Of a DNA stretch of 64,000 bases, positions 8,821-18,298 are shown piece after piece. The DNA lies in contig JBFWQW010000005.1 of the NCBI GenBank assembly GCA_050249235.1, positions 1,044-65,043 on the forward strand, read 5' to 3'. The notes under the pieces were generated by a model. The model worked only from the letters and a program-made list of their open reading frames with translations. It was not told the DNA's origin and did no database searches. How positions within the stretch are numbered: position 1 is the stretch's first letter; each line of letters opens with the position of its first letter. This DNA comes from Acidimicrobiia bacterium (GTDB lineage: Bacteria > Actinomycetota > Acidimicrobiia > Acidimicrobiales > CADCSY01). Made by a program: the position numbers and the translations under genes.

Positions 8821-9714
8821 GTGGGCCAGGTGATGCGCACCCTCCGCCGCCCGATCTGGCTGCTCGGCACGGTGATCTGCCTGCTGGTGGTGGTGCTGTT
8901 CGTCGAGCTCGGCTTCTGGCAGCTCCGGCGGCTCGACACCCGCCGCGACCACAACGAGCTGGTGTCGAGCCGGATGGCGGCCGCCGCCGTCGACGTCGGC
9001 GAGCTCGACCGTCCGGGCACCGACCCCGATCCGGCATCGGTCGAGTACCGCCGGGTGCGGGTCGAGGGGGCCTGGCTCCCGGGCTCGACGGTGCTCGTGC
9101 GGTCCCGCGCCCTGCAGGGCGAGCCCGGCTTCCACGTCCTCGGCACGCTGGTCCTCGACCCCGACGGTGACCGCGACGGCGACAGCGACGGCGGGTCGGG
9201 CCCGGCCCCGGCCGTGGTGGTGAACCGGGGCTTCGCGCCCCTGGGCACCGGCGACGCGGACGAGGTGCTCCCCGCCGTCGAGCCGCCGGCCGGGCCGGTC
9301 GAGCTCGAGGGTGTCCTCCGGCGCTCGGAGACGCGGGGCCGCATCGGGCCCACCGACCCGGCCGAGGGCGTGCTGCGGGTCGTCAACCGCGTCGACGTCG
9401 GGCGGCTCCAGCGCCAGCAGCCCGAGGCCGCGCTGGCCCCGCTCTTCGTGCAGCAGGTCCTGCCCCGGGGCGCTCCCGGCTCGCTCCCGGTCGTGCTGCC
9501 CCTCCCCGACAGCAGCGACGAGGGCTCGCACCTCTCCTATGCCGGCCAGTGGTTCCTGTTCGCCGCCGTCGGCCTGGTGGGTTGGCCCCTGCTCCTGCGC
9601 AAGGTGGCCCGGGAGGGCGACGCCGCCGACGACGGCGACGGCGACGGCGACCCCGGGGCCGATGCCGGTGCGGTTGCGACGGGAGCCGGGCCCGGGACGG
9701 TCGAGCGGGTCTAG
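8821..9714 (+). CDS. SURF1-family protein (cytochrome oxidase assembly)
   Basis: N-terminal TM followed by FVELGFWQLRRLDTRRDHN, and a C-terminal TM with HLSYAGQWFLFA. An alternative ATG start exists at 8833. Confidence 0.75.
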   Translation: MGQVMRTLRRPIWLLGTVICLLVVVLFVELGFWQLRRLDTRRDHNELVSSRMAAAAVDVGELDRPGTDPDPASVEYRRVRVEGAWLPGSTVLVRSRALQGEPGFHVLGTLVLDPDGDRDGDSDGGSGPAPAVVVNRGFAPLGTGDADEVLPAVEPPAGPVELEGVLRRSETRGRIGPTDPAEGVLRVVNRVDVGRLQRQQPEAALAPLFVQQVLPRGAPGSLPVVLPLPDSSDEGSHLSYAGQWFLFAAVGLVGWPLLLRKVAREGDAADDGDGDGDPGADAGAVATGAGPGTVERV

Positions 9715-10715
9715 CGGGCCGTCCAGGCCAGGAGCCGGTCGACCGACCAGGTGTTCACCACCCGGTCGGCGGGCACCTCGCACTCGGCGGCCCGGTCGCA
9801 CCCGTAGACCTGCCACTCGAGCTGGCCGGGGGCGTGGGCGTCGGTGTCGATGGCGAACCGGCAGCCGAGCTCGACGGCGAGACGGAGCATCGGGCGGGGC
9901 GGGTCGAGGCGCTCGGGCCGGCTGTTGATCTCGACGGCGGTGTCGAAGCGCTCGCAGGCGTGGAAGACCAGCTCGGCGTCGAAGGTGGACGGCGGGCGGC
10001 CCCGGCCGACGACGATGCGGTTGGTGCAGTGGCCGAGCACGTCGACGTGCGGGTTGGCGGCGGCCACGCACAGCCGCCGGGTCATGGCCGCCGACTCCAT
10101 GCGCAGCTTCGAGTGCACGCTCGCCACCACCACGTCGAGGCGGGCCAACACGTGGTCGTCCTGGTCGAGCGAGCCGTCGTCGAGGATGTCGACCTCGATT
10201 CCGGTGAGCACCCGGAACGGGGCCATCTCGGTGTTGAGGGCGGCCACCTCGTCGAGCTGGCGCTCGAGCCGGTCGCGGGTGAGGCCGTTGGCCACCGTGA
10301 GCCGGGGCGAGTGGTCGGTGAGGACCAGGTACTCGTGGCCGAGGTCGCGGGCCGTCGTCGCCATCGTCCGAACGTCGGCGCCGCCGTCGCTCCAGGTGGA
10401 GTGGACGTGCAGGTCGCCCTTCAGCAGGCCCCGGAGGGCGTCGCCGGCCCCGGCGGCCAGCGCCGTGTCCTCTTCCAGGCGGTCGAGGTAGGCGGTGGCG
10501 CCGGTGGTGACCACCTCCTCGACGAGGCTGGCCGTCTTCGGCCCGATCCCGTCCAGCTCGGTGAGCGTGCCGGCGGCCACCCGGGCGGCCAGCTCGTCGG
10601 CACCCAGGCCCCGGACCACGTCGGCGGCACGCAGGTAGGCCCGCACCCGGTAGCCCTTCTCCCGGGCCCGGTCGAGCAGGTAGGCGATCCGTTCGAGGGC
10701 ATCGGCCGGCTGCAC
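9711..10715 (-). CDS. PHP-domain phosphoesterase with N-terminal helix-hairpin-helix region (PolX C-terminal-like, no polymerase domain)
   Basis: GIGPKTA (HhH), then GDLHVHSTWSDG, VLTDHSP, GIEVDIL, ASVHS and DTDAHAP, which are the PHP metal-binding motifs. Its stop overlaps the convergent SURF1 stop by 4 nt (CTAG). Confidence 0.8.
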   Translation of the reverse strand: MQPADALERIAYLLDRAREKGYRVRAYLRAADVVRGLGADELAARVAAGTLTELDGIGPKTASLVEEVVTTGATAYLDRLEEDTALAAGAGDALRGLLKGDLHVHSTWSDGGADVRTMATTARDLGHEYLVLTDHSPRLTVANGLTRDRLERQLDEVAALNTEMAPFRVLTGIEVDILDDGSLDQDDHVLARLDVVVASVHSKLRMESAAMTRRLCVAAANPHVDVLGHCTNRIVVGRGRPPSTFDAELVFHACERFDTAVEINSRPERLDPPRPMLRLAVELGCRFAIDTDAHAPGQLEWQVYGCDRAAECEVPADRVVNTWSVDRLLAWTAR

Positions 10716-10748
10716 GCCTCCGAGGCTACGGCGACGGGCCGACCCCGG

Positions 10749-11426
10749 TCAGGTGACCGTGTCCTCCCAGCGCCAGTCGTCGCCGACGGCAACCAGGCGG
10801 TGGCGGGCCCCGGGCCGGTCGGGGTCGGGCGGGTCGCTGGCGAGGGCGGCGTCGCCCTCGTAGAGCAGCACCATGCCCCCCTCGACCGGGACGATCGTCG
10901 ACTGGTACCGGGGTGGCGGCCGGCGGCCGGCCGCGGCCAGGGTGTCGGCCACCGTGGCGTGCCGGGACAACCACTCGAGGGTGACCCACGTGGGCGGCAT
11001 GATCCCGAGCGATCCCTCGACCTTGGCGGCCAGCGCGGCACGGGGCGCCACCCAGACGTGCTCGACGATCTCGCCCCCGTCGACGGCCACGACCGCGTCC
11101 GGCGCGGCCGCCACGAAGAACCAGGTGAGGAACCGCTTGGGCGCCGTCGACGGCGGCTGCCAGTGCGAGAGCGGCACGAAGGCGGCCGGGTCGACCACGA
11201 GCCCGGCCTCCTCGTGGGTCTCGCGCGCCGCCGCCCGCCGGGCCGCCTCCAGCTCGTCGCCGGCGGCGACGCCCTCCCAGTCGCCGGCGTCGACCCGGCC
11301 GCCGGGGAAGACGGCCATGCCGCCCCCGAAGTCGGCGGCGGCGCTGCGGACGAGCAGCAGCGTCTCCATGCCGCCGGCCCCGTCGCGCACCAGCACGACC
11401 GTCGCCGCCGGGGCGCCGTCGCTCAC
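10749..11426 (-). CDS. NUDIX hydrolase
   Basis: Nudix box: FPGGRVDAGD...AARRAAARETHEEAGLVV. GTG start, one nucleotide after the MarR stop. Confidence 0.8.
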   Translation of the reverse strand: MSDGAPAATVVLVRDGAGGMETLLLVRSAAADFGGGMAVFPGGRVDAGDWEGVAAGDELEAARRAAARETHEEAGLVVDPAAFVPLSHWQPPSTAPKRFLTWFFVAAAPDAVVAVDGGEIVEHVWVAPRAALAAKVEGSLGIMPPTWVTLEWLSRHATVADTLAAAGRRPPPRYQSTIVPVEGGMVLLYEGDAALASDPPDPDRPGARHRLVAVGDDWRWEDTVT

Positions 11427-11427
11427 G

Positions 11428-11937
11428 TCAGGTCCGTCGGGGCGCCGGGTCGGCGCCCGCCACGAGCAGGTCGGGCTCGGCGTCGGGCCCGAGGCCGAGC
11501 CGCGGTCGGGCGTCGGCCTTCCGGAAGCGCTCTCTGGCCCGCTCGAGCGACCCCCGGAGCGGGAGGAGGCCGCACAGCGCCTCCTTGACCTCGCCGTCCG
11601 ATGCCGCTCCCGTCAGCACCTCGACCAGGTCCGCCTCGACCCGGCGCAGCGTGGCCGCGCCCGAGGCGGTGAGGCGGAGCTGCACGCCCCGACCGTCGCC
11701 CACGACCGGCTCCCGCGTGACGAGGCCCCGGTCGACCAGGGCGTGGGCGGCGGCGGTGAGCGTGGGCCGGCTGACGCTCAGGCGGTCGGCCAGGCGGCCG
11801 GCCCGCTGGGGCTGCTCGGCGATGACGAACAGCATCCGGTACTGCACGAGGCTGATGCCGAGGTCGGCGCAGATCCGGTCGGCGACCAGGGCCAGCCGGG
11901 CGAGCGTCCGGATGCCGTCGGTCAGCTCCTGGTCCAC
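11428..11937 (-). CDS. MarR-family transcriptional regulator
   Basis: Winged helix: LVQYRMLFVIAEQPQRAGRLADRLSVSRPTLTAAAHALVDRGLVTREP. I chose GTG 11937, which has a GGAGG 7 nt upstream, over the TTG 11973 in the track. Confidence 0.8.
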   Translation of the reverse strand: MDQELTDGIRTLARLALVADRICADLGISLVQYRMLFVIAEQPQRAGRLADRLSVSRPTLTAAAHALVDRGLVTREPVVGDGRGVQLRLTASGAATLRRVEADLVEVLTGAASDGEVKEALCGLLPLRGSLERARERFRKADARPRLGLGPDAEPDLLVAGADPAPRRT

Positions 11938-12002
11938 CGGCGCGCCTCCGCGGTCGTTCGTCGCGCCGAACAACCTATCGGGGCCGCGCCGGCGGTTCCG
12001 GC

Positions 12003-12902
12003 TCAGGTCGACGACGCGTCGAAGATGGCCTGGATCGTCGCGTCGAGGGCGGCGTCGAACTCGGCCGGGCTCTGACGGACCGACAGGCCCTCGGTGAGGG
12101 CCCGGGAGAAGCTGGCGATCACGCCGTGGTTGCGGGCCAGGCGGGCGTTGGCCTCCTCCCGGCTGTAGCCGCCCGAGAGGGCGACCACCCGGAGCACCCG
12201 GGGGTGGGCGACCAGCTCGGCGTAGAAGTCGTCGGTCTCCGGCAGCGTCAGCTTCAGCATGACGTGCTGGCCGTCGGGGAGGCTCCCGAGATGGCCGAGG
12301 AGGGCTTCCTCGAGGAGCGCCTCGGCCTCGGCCTTCTGCGGGCTCTTGATGTCGACCTCTGGCTCGATGATCGGCACCAGGCCGGCGGCGGCGATGCGGG
12401 CGCCGATCTCGAACTGCTGGTCGACGATGGCCGAGACGCCGACCTTGTCGGCCAGCTTGATCACCGAGCGCATCTTGGTGCCGAACACGCCCCTGCCGAC
12501 GGCCCGGTCGAGCAGGGCCTCGAGATCCGGGATGGGCTTCATCAGCTGGACGCCGTCGGCCTCGTCGGCCAGGCCCTTGTCGACCTTCAGGAACGGGACG
12601 ACCTGCTTGACCGACCAGAGGTACTCGGCGGTGCCGAGCCCCTCGACCTCGCGGTCCATGGTGCCCTCGAAGAGGATGGCGCCGAGCACCCGGTCGCCGC
12701 CGAAGCTCGGGCTGGTGATGATGCGGGCCCGCATGGCGTGCATGGCGTCGAACATCTCGTCGTCGCCCGAATACTCGCTCTCCTCCACCCCGTAGAGCTG
12801 GAGCGCCTTGGGGGTGCTCCCCCCGCTCTGGTCGAGGGCGGCGACGAAGCCGCGCCCCCGCTGGACCTTGGCGAACTGCTCGTCGTTCACACGAGCTCCC
12901 AT
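12003..12902 (-). CDS. Fructose-bisphosphate aldolase, class I
   Basis: GFVAALDQSGGSTPKAL, GAILFEGTM and PFLKVDKGL (the Schiff-base Lys region) are typical of bacterial class I FBA. Confidence 0.85.
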   Translation of the reverse strand: MGARVNDEQFAKVQRGRGFVAALDQSGGSTPKALQLYGVEESEYSGDDEMFDAMHAMRARIITSPSFGGDRVLGAILFEGTMDREVEGLGTAEYLWSVKQVVPFLKVDKGLADEADGVQLMKPIPDLEALLDRAVGRGVFGTKMRSVIKLADKVGVSAIVDQQFEIGARIAAAGLVPIIEPEVDIKSPQKAEAEALLEEALLGHLGSLPDGQHVMLKLTLPETDDFYAELVAHPRVLRVVALSGGYSREEANARLARNHGVIASFSRALTEGLSVRQSPAEFDAALDATIQAIFDASST

Positions 12903-13026
12903 GCGTGAGCGGAGCCGGTGGGGCCCCGGGCGGCGGCGCCGGGCCGGAGCGTGGCTCCCACCCGACCTGATCGCCGCGAACCCTACCGAGTCACGACCCC
13001 CGGCCCGGCGCCGGGCTCGCTCGCCG

Positions 13027-14073
13027 CTACCCGGGGAGCACGGGTTCGACGTCGTCGACGAGGCCCCATACCAGCGCCGTGGCGGCGTCGATGCGCTCGC
13101 CGGCGACGACCAGCCAGTTGGCGCGATGGCGTCCGATCCGGGCCGTCACGCTCCAGGTGCCGCCGGCACCGGGCACCAGGCCCATGCCGAGCTCGGGGAG
13201 CCCGAAGAGGGTGGCGGGGTCGGCCACCACCCGCTCGGCAAAGGCCGGGATCTCGATGCCCGATCCCATGGCCGCGCCGTGGAGGCGGGCCTCGACCCGG
13301 TCGGCGCAGCGGGCCACGGCCAGGCCGGGGTGCCGGGTCAGCCGCACGGCATTGGCGAGGGCGGGGTCGCCGACCGTCCCGAACTCGTTGAGGTCGCCAC
13401 CGGCCGAGAAGGAGGGTCCCCGGCCGGTGAGCACCACCCGTTCGATGGAGTCGTCGGCCTCGGCGAGGGCCAGGGCATCGACCAGGCCGTCGCGCAGGGC
13501 GGTGTCGACGGCGTTGCGGGCGGCCGGCCGGTTCAGCGTCACCGCCAGCACCGGCCCGTCCCGCGACGTGACGACGGCGCCGAGAGGGTCGGGCTCAGGC
13601 GCCGGGCGGCGAGGGGTCGCATCCCGCCAGGCGAAGAAGGCCCGGCTGCCCAGCAGCATCGAATAGGTCGACGACTCGGCGGCGACGCCCTCCCAGACGG
13701 GGAGCCGCTCGGTGAGGCGGAGGAGGGCGACCAGCGCGGCCGTGGCGAGGGGCTGGTCGGCGGCCTTGGCCGCCAGCCGCTGGGCCTCGCCGGCCGGGTC
13801 GGCGGCGTGGACCCACCGCCGACCCGGCGGGTCGTCGGCCGAGGTGACGAGCACGTCGAAGCCGTCGAGCAGGTCGTCGGGCAGGTCGGGATCGGTGGCG
13901 ATGCCGATCGTCAGGCAGGGGAGCTGGCCGAGCACGGCGGCACGACCGTCCCGACCCCACCGACCCGCGTCGAGGTCGACGGTGAGCGACGGGTTCCCGG
14001 TCAGCGGGCTCCACGTCTCCACGGCTCCCGGTCCGAGCAGCCCAGCCAGCTCGCCGAGCGTCACCAGCGCCAT
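13027..14073 (-). CDS. Enoyl-CoA hydratase/isomerase (crotonase) family protein with a ~160-aa N-terminal extension
   Basis: VLAVTLNRPAARNAV...VVLTGRGPSFSAGGDLNEF...GAAMGSGIEI...FGLPELGMGLVPGAGGT. Confidence 0.8.
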   Translation of the reverse strand: MALVTLGELAGLLGPGAVETWSPLTGNPSLTVDLDAGRWGRDGRAAVLGQLPCLTIGIATDPDLPDDLLDGFDVLVTSADDPPGRRWVHAADPAGEAQRLAAKAADQPLATAALVALLRLTERLPVWEGVAAESSTYSMLLGSRAFFAWRDATPRRPAPEPDPLGAVVTSRDGPVLAVTLNRPAARNAVDTALRDGLVDALALAEADDSIERVVLTGRGPSFSAGGDLNEFGTVGDPALANAVRLTRHPGLAVARCADRVEARLHGAAMGSGIEIPAFAERVVADPATLFGLPELGMGLVPGAGGTWSVTARIGRHRANWLVVAGERIDAATALVWGLVDDVEPVLPG

Positions 14074-14176
14074 CCCGCCACCGTAGGTTCTCCCGGGTGG
14101 TGCCCCCGCCCCTTCCCGGATCAGGGTTCACGGTTCCTGCACCTGCGTGGATCCTTGAACCCAGAAGGGTGGAAGG

Positions 14177-15346
14177 GTGACGGCCGGGCCGGCCGGGTGG
14201 GCCGCCTCCGGGGCGATGGCCCTGACGGGCGACCCGGGCGGGCCGCCGCTCGCCCCGGTCGGCGACCTCACCGGCGCGATTGACGGGATGGCCGGCGAGC
14301 TGGCCCGACTCACCGGCGTGGTGGTCGACGGCCCGGCCCTGCTCGGCGAGCGGGCTGCCCTCCGCCGCCTGCGTCGGGGCGGGCGGTGGGCCTGCGGCGG
14401 CAGGACCCGGCTGGTGCGGTGCGTTGACGGCTGGCTGGCGGTGGCGCTGCCCCGCCCGGAGGACGAGCGCTCCGTGCCGGCCTGGCTCGGTCACGAGGCG
14501 GTCGGGCCCGTCTGGCCGGTGATCGAGGAGGCGCTCGCCGACCGGCTGGTCGACGAGATGGTCGAGCGGGCCGGCTGGCTGGCCCTTCCGGTCGGCGCCC
14601 TCCCCGACGACCCGGCGCCGGTGACCTCGCCCCCGCCGTGGCGACGGACCGGTCGGCCGGGCCGGCCCCGCGGCCTCGCCGGGCTGGCGGTCGCCGACCT
14701 GTCCTCGCTCTGGGCCGGCCCCCTGTGCGCCGGCCTCCTCGCCGCGGGCGGGTCGGCGGTGACGAAGGTGGAGTCCCGGAGCCGGCCCGACGGGGCCCGA
14801 CGGGCCAGCCGCCGCTTCTGGCGGCTCCTCAACGGGGCCAAGGCCGAGCGGGTGGTCGCCCTCGGCGAGCTGCGGGACGAGGTGGACGCCGCCGACGTGG
14901 TCGTGCTCGGCGCGAGGCGCCGGGCCTACGAGCAGCTCGGCATCGACATCGACGACGTGCTCGCGGCCCGGACCGACAAGGTCGTCGTGGCCATCACGGG
15001 CCACGGATGGGACGACGGGCGGGTCGGGTTCGGCGACGACGCCGCCGTCGCCGGCGGCCTGGTGGCCCGCCATCCCGACGACGCCGAGCCCCGCTTCCTC
15101 GCCGATGCCGTCGCCGACCCGCTCACCGGGCTCCACGCCGCCGTCGCCGCGGCCGGCTCGGTGCTGGAAGGGGGCCGCTGGTTCGTCGACGTCTCGCTGG
15201 CCGGCGTGGCCGCCTCGCTCGCCCCGGCAGCCGGCACCGACCGCCCGGCCCGGGCTGCGACCCGCCGGGGCCGCCGGTGGGTGCTGGACGACGTCCCCGT
15301 CGCCCCGCCCCGTGCCCGGCCCGACGCCCGGCCGCCGGGGCCGTGA
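14177..15346 (+). CDS. CoA-transferase family III (CaiB/BaiF-like)
   Basis: LAGLAVADLSSLWAGPLCAGLLAAGGSAVTKVESRSRPDGAR matches the family III N-terminal signature. GTG start preceded by gaagggtggaagg. Confidence 0.8.
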   Translation: MTAGPAGWAASGAMALTGDPGGPPLAPVGDLTGAIDGMAGELARLTGVVVDGPALLGERAALRRLRRGGRWACGGRTRLVRCVDGWLAVALPRPEDERSVPAWLGHEAVGPVWPVIEEALADRLVDEMVERAGWLALPVGALPDDPAPVTSPPPWRRTGRPGRPRGLAGLAVADLSSLWAGPLCAGLLAAGGSAVTKVESRSRPDGARRASRRFWRLLNGAKAERVVALGELRDEVDAADVVVLGARRRAYEQLGIDIDDVLAARTDKVVVAITGHGWDDGRVGFGDDAAVAGGLVARHPDDAEPRFLADAVADPLTGLHAAVAAAGSVLEGGRWFVDVSLAGVAASLAPAAGTDRPARAATRRGRRWVLDDVPVAPPRARPDARPPGP

Positions 15347-15391
15347 GGGCCGGAGCCCGGCAAGGGGTCGAGCACTAGCCTTCCGCTCGAC

Positions 15392-15781
15392 ATGCCTCGT
15401 CGCCTGCGTCTCCGTCGCCTGCGGCTCCTCGGCATCGGGCTCGGTGTCGGGCTCGGTGTCGGGCTGTCGGCGCTCGTGCTGTCCGGGGTTGGCGGCCCGG
15501 CCACGTCGTCGGCGGCGGCGGCGGAGAACGGCGACGTCGAGCTCGCCGCGCGTGCATCGCTGATCGATGACGCGGCCATCCGTCTGACCGGGGAGCGGCA
15601 GGACGCGAGCGCGTTCGAGCGTGCGCTCAAGCAGCGCCTCCTCCTCGCGCTGGCGGCGGTTGCGGTCGGCGTGCCCACGCTCGGGCGCCGACGAGTGGCC
15701 CTCCCGGCGGTGGTCGAGCCCGCGCTGTCTCCGCGGTGGTCGCCTCGCTGCGGTCGGGCACCCCCGCTTCTCAGCTCTTGA
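15392..15781 (+). CDS. Hypothetical small protein (weak call)
   Basis: By my codon-by-codon reading, most third positions are G or C. The N-terminus is basic then hydrophobic (MPRRLRLRRLRLLGIGLGVGLGVGLSALVL). There is no SD, and a 7-bp hairpin (15367-15391) abuts the ATG. I recognise no family. Confidence 0.3.
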   Translation: MPRRLRLRRLRLLGIGLGVGLGVGLSALVLSGVGGPATSSAAAAENGDVELAARASLIDDAAIRLTGERQDASAFERALKQRLLLALAAVAVGVPTLGRRRVALPAVVEPALSPRWSPRCGRAPPLLSS

Positions 15782-16131
15782 TCGAACGATCCGTCGCCGG
15801 CGCGCCGTGCCGGCCCGAGCCGAGAGGAAGCACATGTCGAGTGCGCCTGGACGGCGCGCCCGCGCCGTCCCCGCAACCGTGGCTTCGGCGCGAGCATGCC
15901 CCCGCGCCGGTGTCGCCCCGGGGGGCGGCGCGCCGGTCGTCGCGGCGGGGCAGGACGCCGACCGCGTGCCGGTCGACGGCGACGTCGCCAGACTCGCCTC
16001 GGGGCGGCGGCACCGCCCCCTCCACCCGTGCCTCGCGGCAGCCGCCACCGACACCGCCTGCGCGGCGTCGTCCCCCGGGCACGGGCGGTCGGAGCACGCC
16101 CGATCACGCCCGTCTCGACCCGGCACCGGCG

Positions 16132-17598
16132 ATGGGTGACACGGGCGGGGTGATGGCCGCCGGGGCGGGCCTGGTGCTCCTCGGCGTGGTGGCGAGCAAG
16201 GTCTCGGCCCGCCTGGGCGTGCCTGCCCTCCTGCTGTTCCTGATCCTCGGCATGCTGGCAGGGAGCGAGGGCGTGGGCGGCATCCACTTCGCCGACTTCG
16301 AGGCCGCCCAGACCGTCGGCGTGGTCGCGCTGGCCGTCATCCTCTTCGCCGGCGGCCTGGAGACCGAGTGGTCGACCGTCCGACCCGTCATGGGACGGGG
16401 ACTGCTGCTGGCCACGTTCGGCGTGCTGATGACCGCAGCGGTCGCCGGCCTGTTCGCGTCCTGGATCCTCGGCCTCTCGCTCACCGCCGGCTTGTTGCTC
16501 GGGGCGATCATCTCCTCGACCGACGCCGCCGCGGTCTTCTCGGTGCTTCGTTCCCGGAGCGTCGGGTTGAAGGGCCAGCTCCGGCCCCTGCTCGAGCTCG
16601 AGTCGGGGAGCAACGACCCGATGGCGGTGTTCCTCACCCTCGGGTTCCTCGAGCTCCTCACCGACGACGGCACCGCCGTCGGCGACCTGGCGCCGATCTT
16701 CGTCGCGCAGATGGCGGTGGGTGGCGTCATCGGCTTCCTGGTCGCGAAGGGCGCCGTCGTGGTCATCAACCGGATCCGGCTGGACTACGAGGGCCTGTAC
16801 CCGGTGGTGCTGATGGCGCTGGTGCTGCTCATCTACGGCGTCGCCGCGATGTTGGGGGGTAGCGGCTTCCTCGCCGTCTACGTGGCCGGCCTGGTGATGG
16901 GCAACGCCCGGTTCCTCCACAAGAGGAGCCTCGTCCGCTTCGCCGACGGGCTGGCATGGCTCGTCCAGATCGCCATGTTCCTGGTGCTCGGCCTGCTCGT
17001 CTTCCCGTCTGACGTGGTCTCGGTCGCCGGGCGGGCGCTGCTGGTCTCGCTGGTGCTCATCTTCCTGGCCCGCCCGCTCGCGACGGGGACCCTGCTGTTG
17101 CTGACCCGCTTCGGTCTCCGGGAGACCGCCTTGGTCTCGTGGGTCGGCCTGCGGGGCGCGGTGCCGATCATCCTCGCGACGTTTCCCCTGGTCGAGGGCG
17201 TGCCCGAGGGCGATCTGATCTTCAACGTGGTCTTCTTCACGGTCCTCACGTCCGTGCTCCTCCAGGGCACCACCATCCCGCTGGTGGCGCGATGGCTACG
17301 GGTCGACGCGCCCCTCGACCATCGCCCGACGCACCTCTTCGACGTCGATGCCGGGGGCCGCGAGGCGGACCTGCACGAGATCGTCGTCGCCGGCGACTCC
17401 CCCGCGGCCGACAGCCAGATCGTCGACCTCCACCTCCCGGACAGCGCCCTCATCGTGCTCGTCAGCCGCGATGGCGAGCTCGTCGTCCCCAAGGGCTCGA
17501 CGGTGCTCCGCTCGGGTGACGCGGTCCTCGTCCTCGCCGCGGGGCAAGCCCTGGCCGACGCCCGAGCGCTCATCTCGGGTACGAGGGAGGTGACGTGA
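16132..17598 (+). CDS. K+/H+ (cation:proton) antiporter, CPA1/NhaP2-type, with C-terminal TrkA-C (RCK_C) domain
   Basis: LLLFLILGMLAGSEGVGGIHF, ISSTDAAAVFSVLR, LELESGSNDPMAV, then a C-terminal TrkA-C-like segment (IVDLHLPDSALIVLVSRDGELVVPKGSTVLRSGDAVLVLA). ATG 16132 is chosen within ORF 15736..17598. Confidence 0.85.
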   Translation: MGDTGGVMAAGAGLVLLGVVASKVSARLGVPALLLFLILGMLAGSEGVGGIHFADFEAAQTVGVVALAVILFAGGLETEWSTVRPVMGRGLLLATFGVLMTAAVAGLFASWILGLSLTAGLLLGAIISSTDAAAVFSVLRSRSVGLKGQLRPLLELESGSNDPMAVFLTLGFLELLTDDGTAVGDLAPIFVAQMAVGGVIGFLVAKGAVVVINRIRLDYEGLYPVVLMALVLLIYGVAAMLGGSGFLAVYVAGLVMGNARFLHKRSLVRFADGLAWLVQIAMFLVLGLLVFPSDVVSVAGRALLVSLVLIFLARPLATGTLLLLTRFGLRETALVSWVGLRGAVPIILATFPLVEGVPEGDLIFNVVFFTVLTSVLLQGTTIPLVARWLRVDAPLDHRPTHLFDVDAGGREADLHEIVVAGDSPAADSQIVDLHLPDSALIVLVSRDGELVVPKGSTVLRSGDAVLVLAAGQALADARALISGTREVT

Positions 17599-17771
17599 TC
17601 GCCCCGGCCCGACCGGCACCGGCGAGCGCCCCGTCGGTCCCCATGGCGCCCCGAGGCGACCCCGACGTGTCCGGAGCGGCGAGGCGCCGTGACCATGGCG
17701 GTGGCCGACGACGCGGTCCGCCGGCGGGACGCGGAGGCGGCAGGACATCCGACACACAGGAGGTACGGGAG

Positions 17772-18260
17772 ATGGACGTACGAGTACAGGGCCGACGACT
17801 GCCCGGGATAGGCCATCGCTACGAACTGCTGCTCGATGGCGGCCGGTGCCTGGTCATCGTCGTCCAGGGCAACGGCCGGCGCGAGGTCAGCCTGTTCGGT
17901 CGTGGCCGCGACCACCCCGACGCGGTGACGAGCCTGACCCAGGAGCAAGCGGTCGCGGTGGCCGCCATCCTGACCGGCGCCCGGTTCTCGGTCGAGACCG
18001 GCGACGTCGAGCGCACCTCGACCTCGGAGGTCGGTGTCGAGACGGTCACGCTGCACGAGCGCTCACCCGCGGTCGGACACCGCACCGGCGACCTGCCCGG
18101 CATGGGGGAGGGCGACGCCACGGTCCTCGCCGTGATCCGGGACGAGACCCCGGCCCTCGTCGAGGACGACACGAACCGGCCGCTTCGAGCCGGCGACCGC
18201 ATCGTGGTCGCCGCCCGCCGCGACCGTCTCGACGGCATCGCCGACCAGCTGGCCGGCTGA
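17772..18260 (+). CDS. Cation:proton antiporter regulatory subunit (KhtT-like; N-domain plus TrkA-C)
   Basis: LPGIGHRYELLLDGGRCLVIVVQGNGRREVSLF..., then a TrkA-C region (GDATVLAVIRDETPALVEDDTNRPLRAGDRIVVAARRD). ATG 17772 is preceded by acaggaggtacgggag. Confidence 0.75.
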   Translation: MDVRVQGRRLPGIGHRYELLLDGGRCLVIVVQGNGRREVSLFGRGRDHPDAVTSLTQEQAVAVAAILTGARFSVETGDVERTSTSEVGVETVTLHERSPAVGHRTGDLPGMGEGDATVLAVIRDETPALVEDDTNRPLRAGDRIVVAARRDRLDGIADQLAG

Positions 18261-18281
18261 CGGATCGCCGGCGGCGATCCG
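18261..18281. terminator. Hairpin between convergent genes
   Basis: cggatcgcc-ggc-ggcgatccg: a perfect 9-bp stem with a 3-nt loop, directly after the khtT-like stop and 18 nt from the fadD-like stop. Confidence 0.45.
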
Positions 18282-18298
18282 CCAGCCCATCGGGATGT

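Noticed and set aside
9711-9714. 4-nt overlap of the convergent SURF1 and PHP stop codons (CTAG)
   Set aside because: The overlap is real but unremarkable. Compact convergent ends are common in high-GC genomes, and it has no obvious functional implication.
15782-16131. c-di-AMP riboswitch or other known leader upstream of the K+/H+ antiporter
   Set aside because: No recognisable conserved riboswitch blocks were found. The region is uniformly GC-rich with ORF-like GC3 bias. It is kept only as an unexplained region.
15834-16139. A 101-aa Arg/Ala/Pro-rich ORF overlapping the antiporter start, considered as a confident CDS
   Set aside because: It has moderately high GC3 and an SD-like gagaggaag upstream, but extremely low sequence complexity and no recognisable fold. 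It is reported only inside the finding on the unexplained region.
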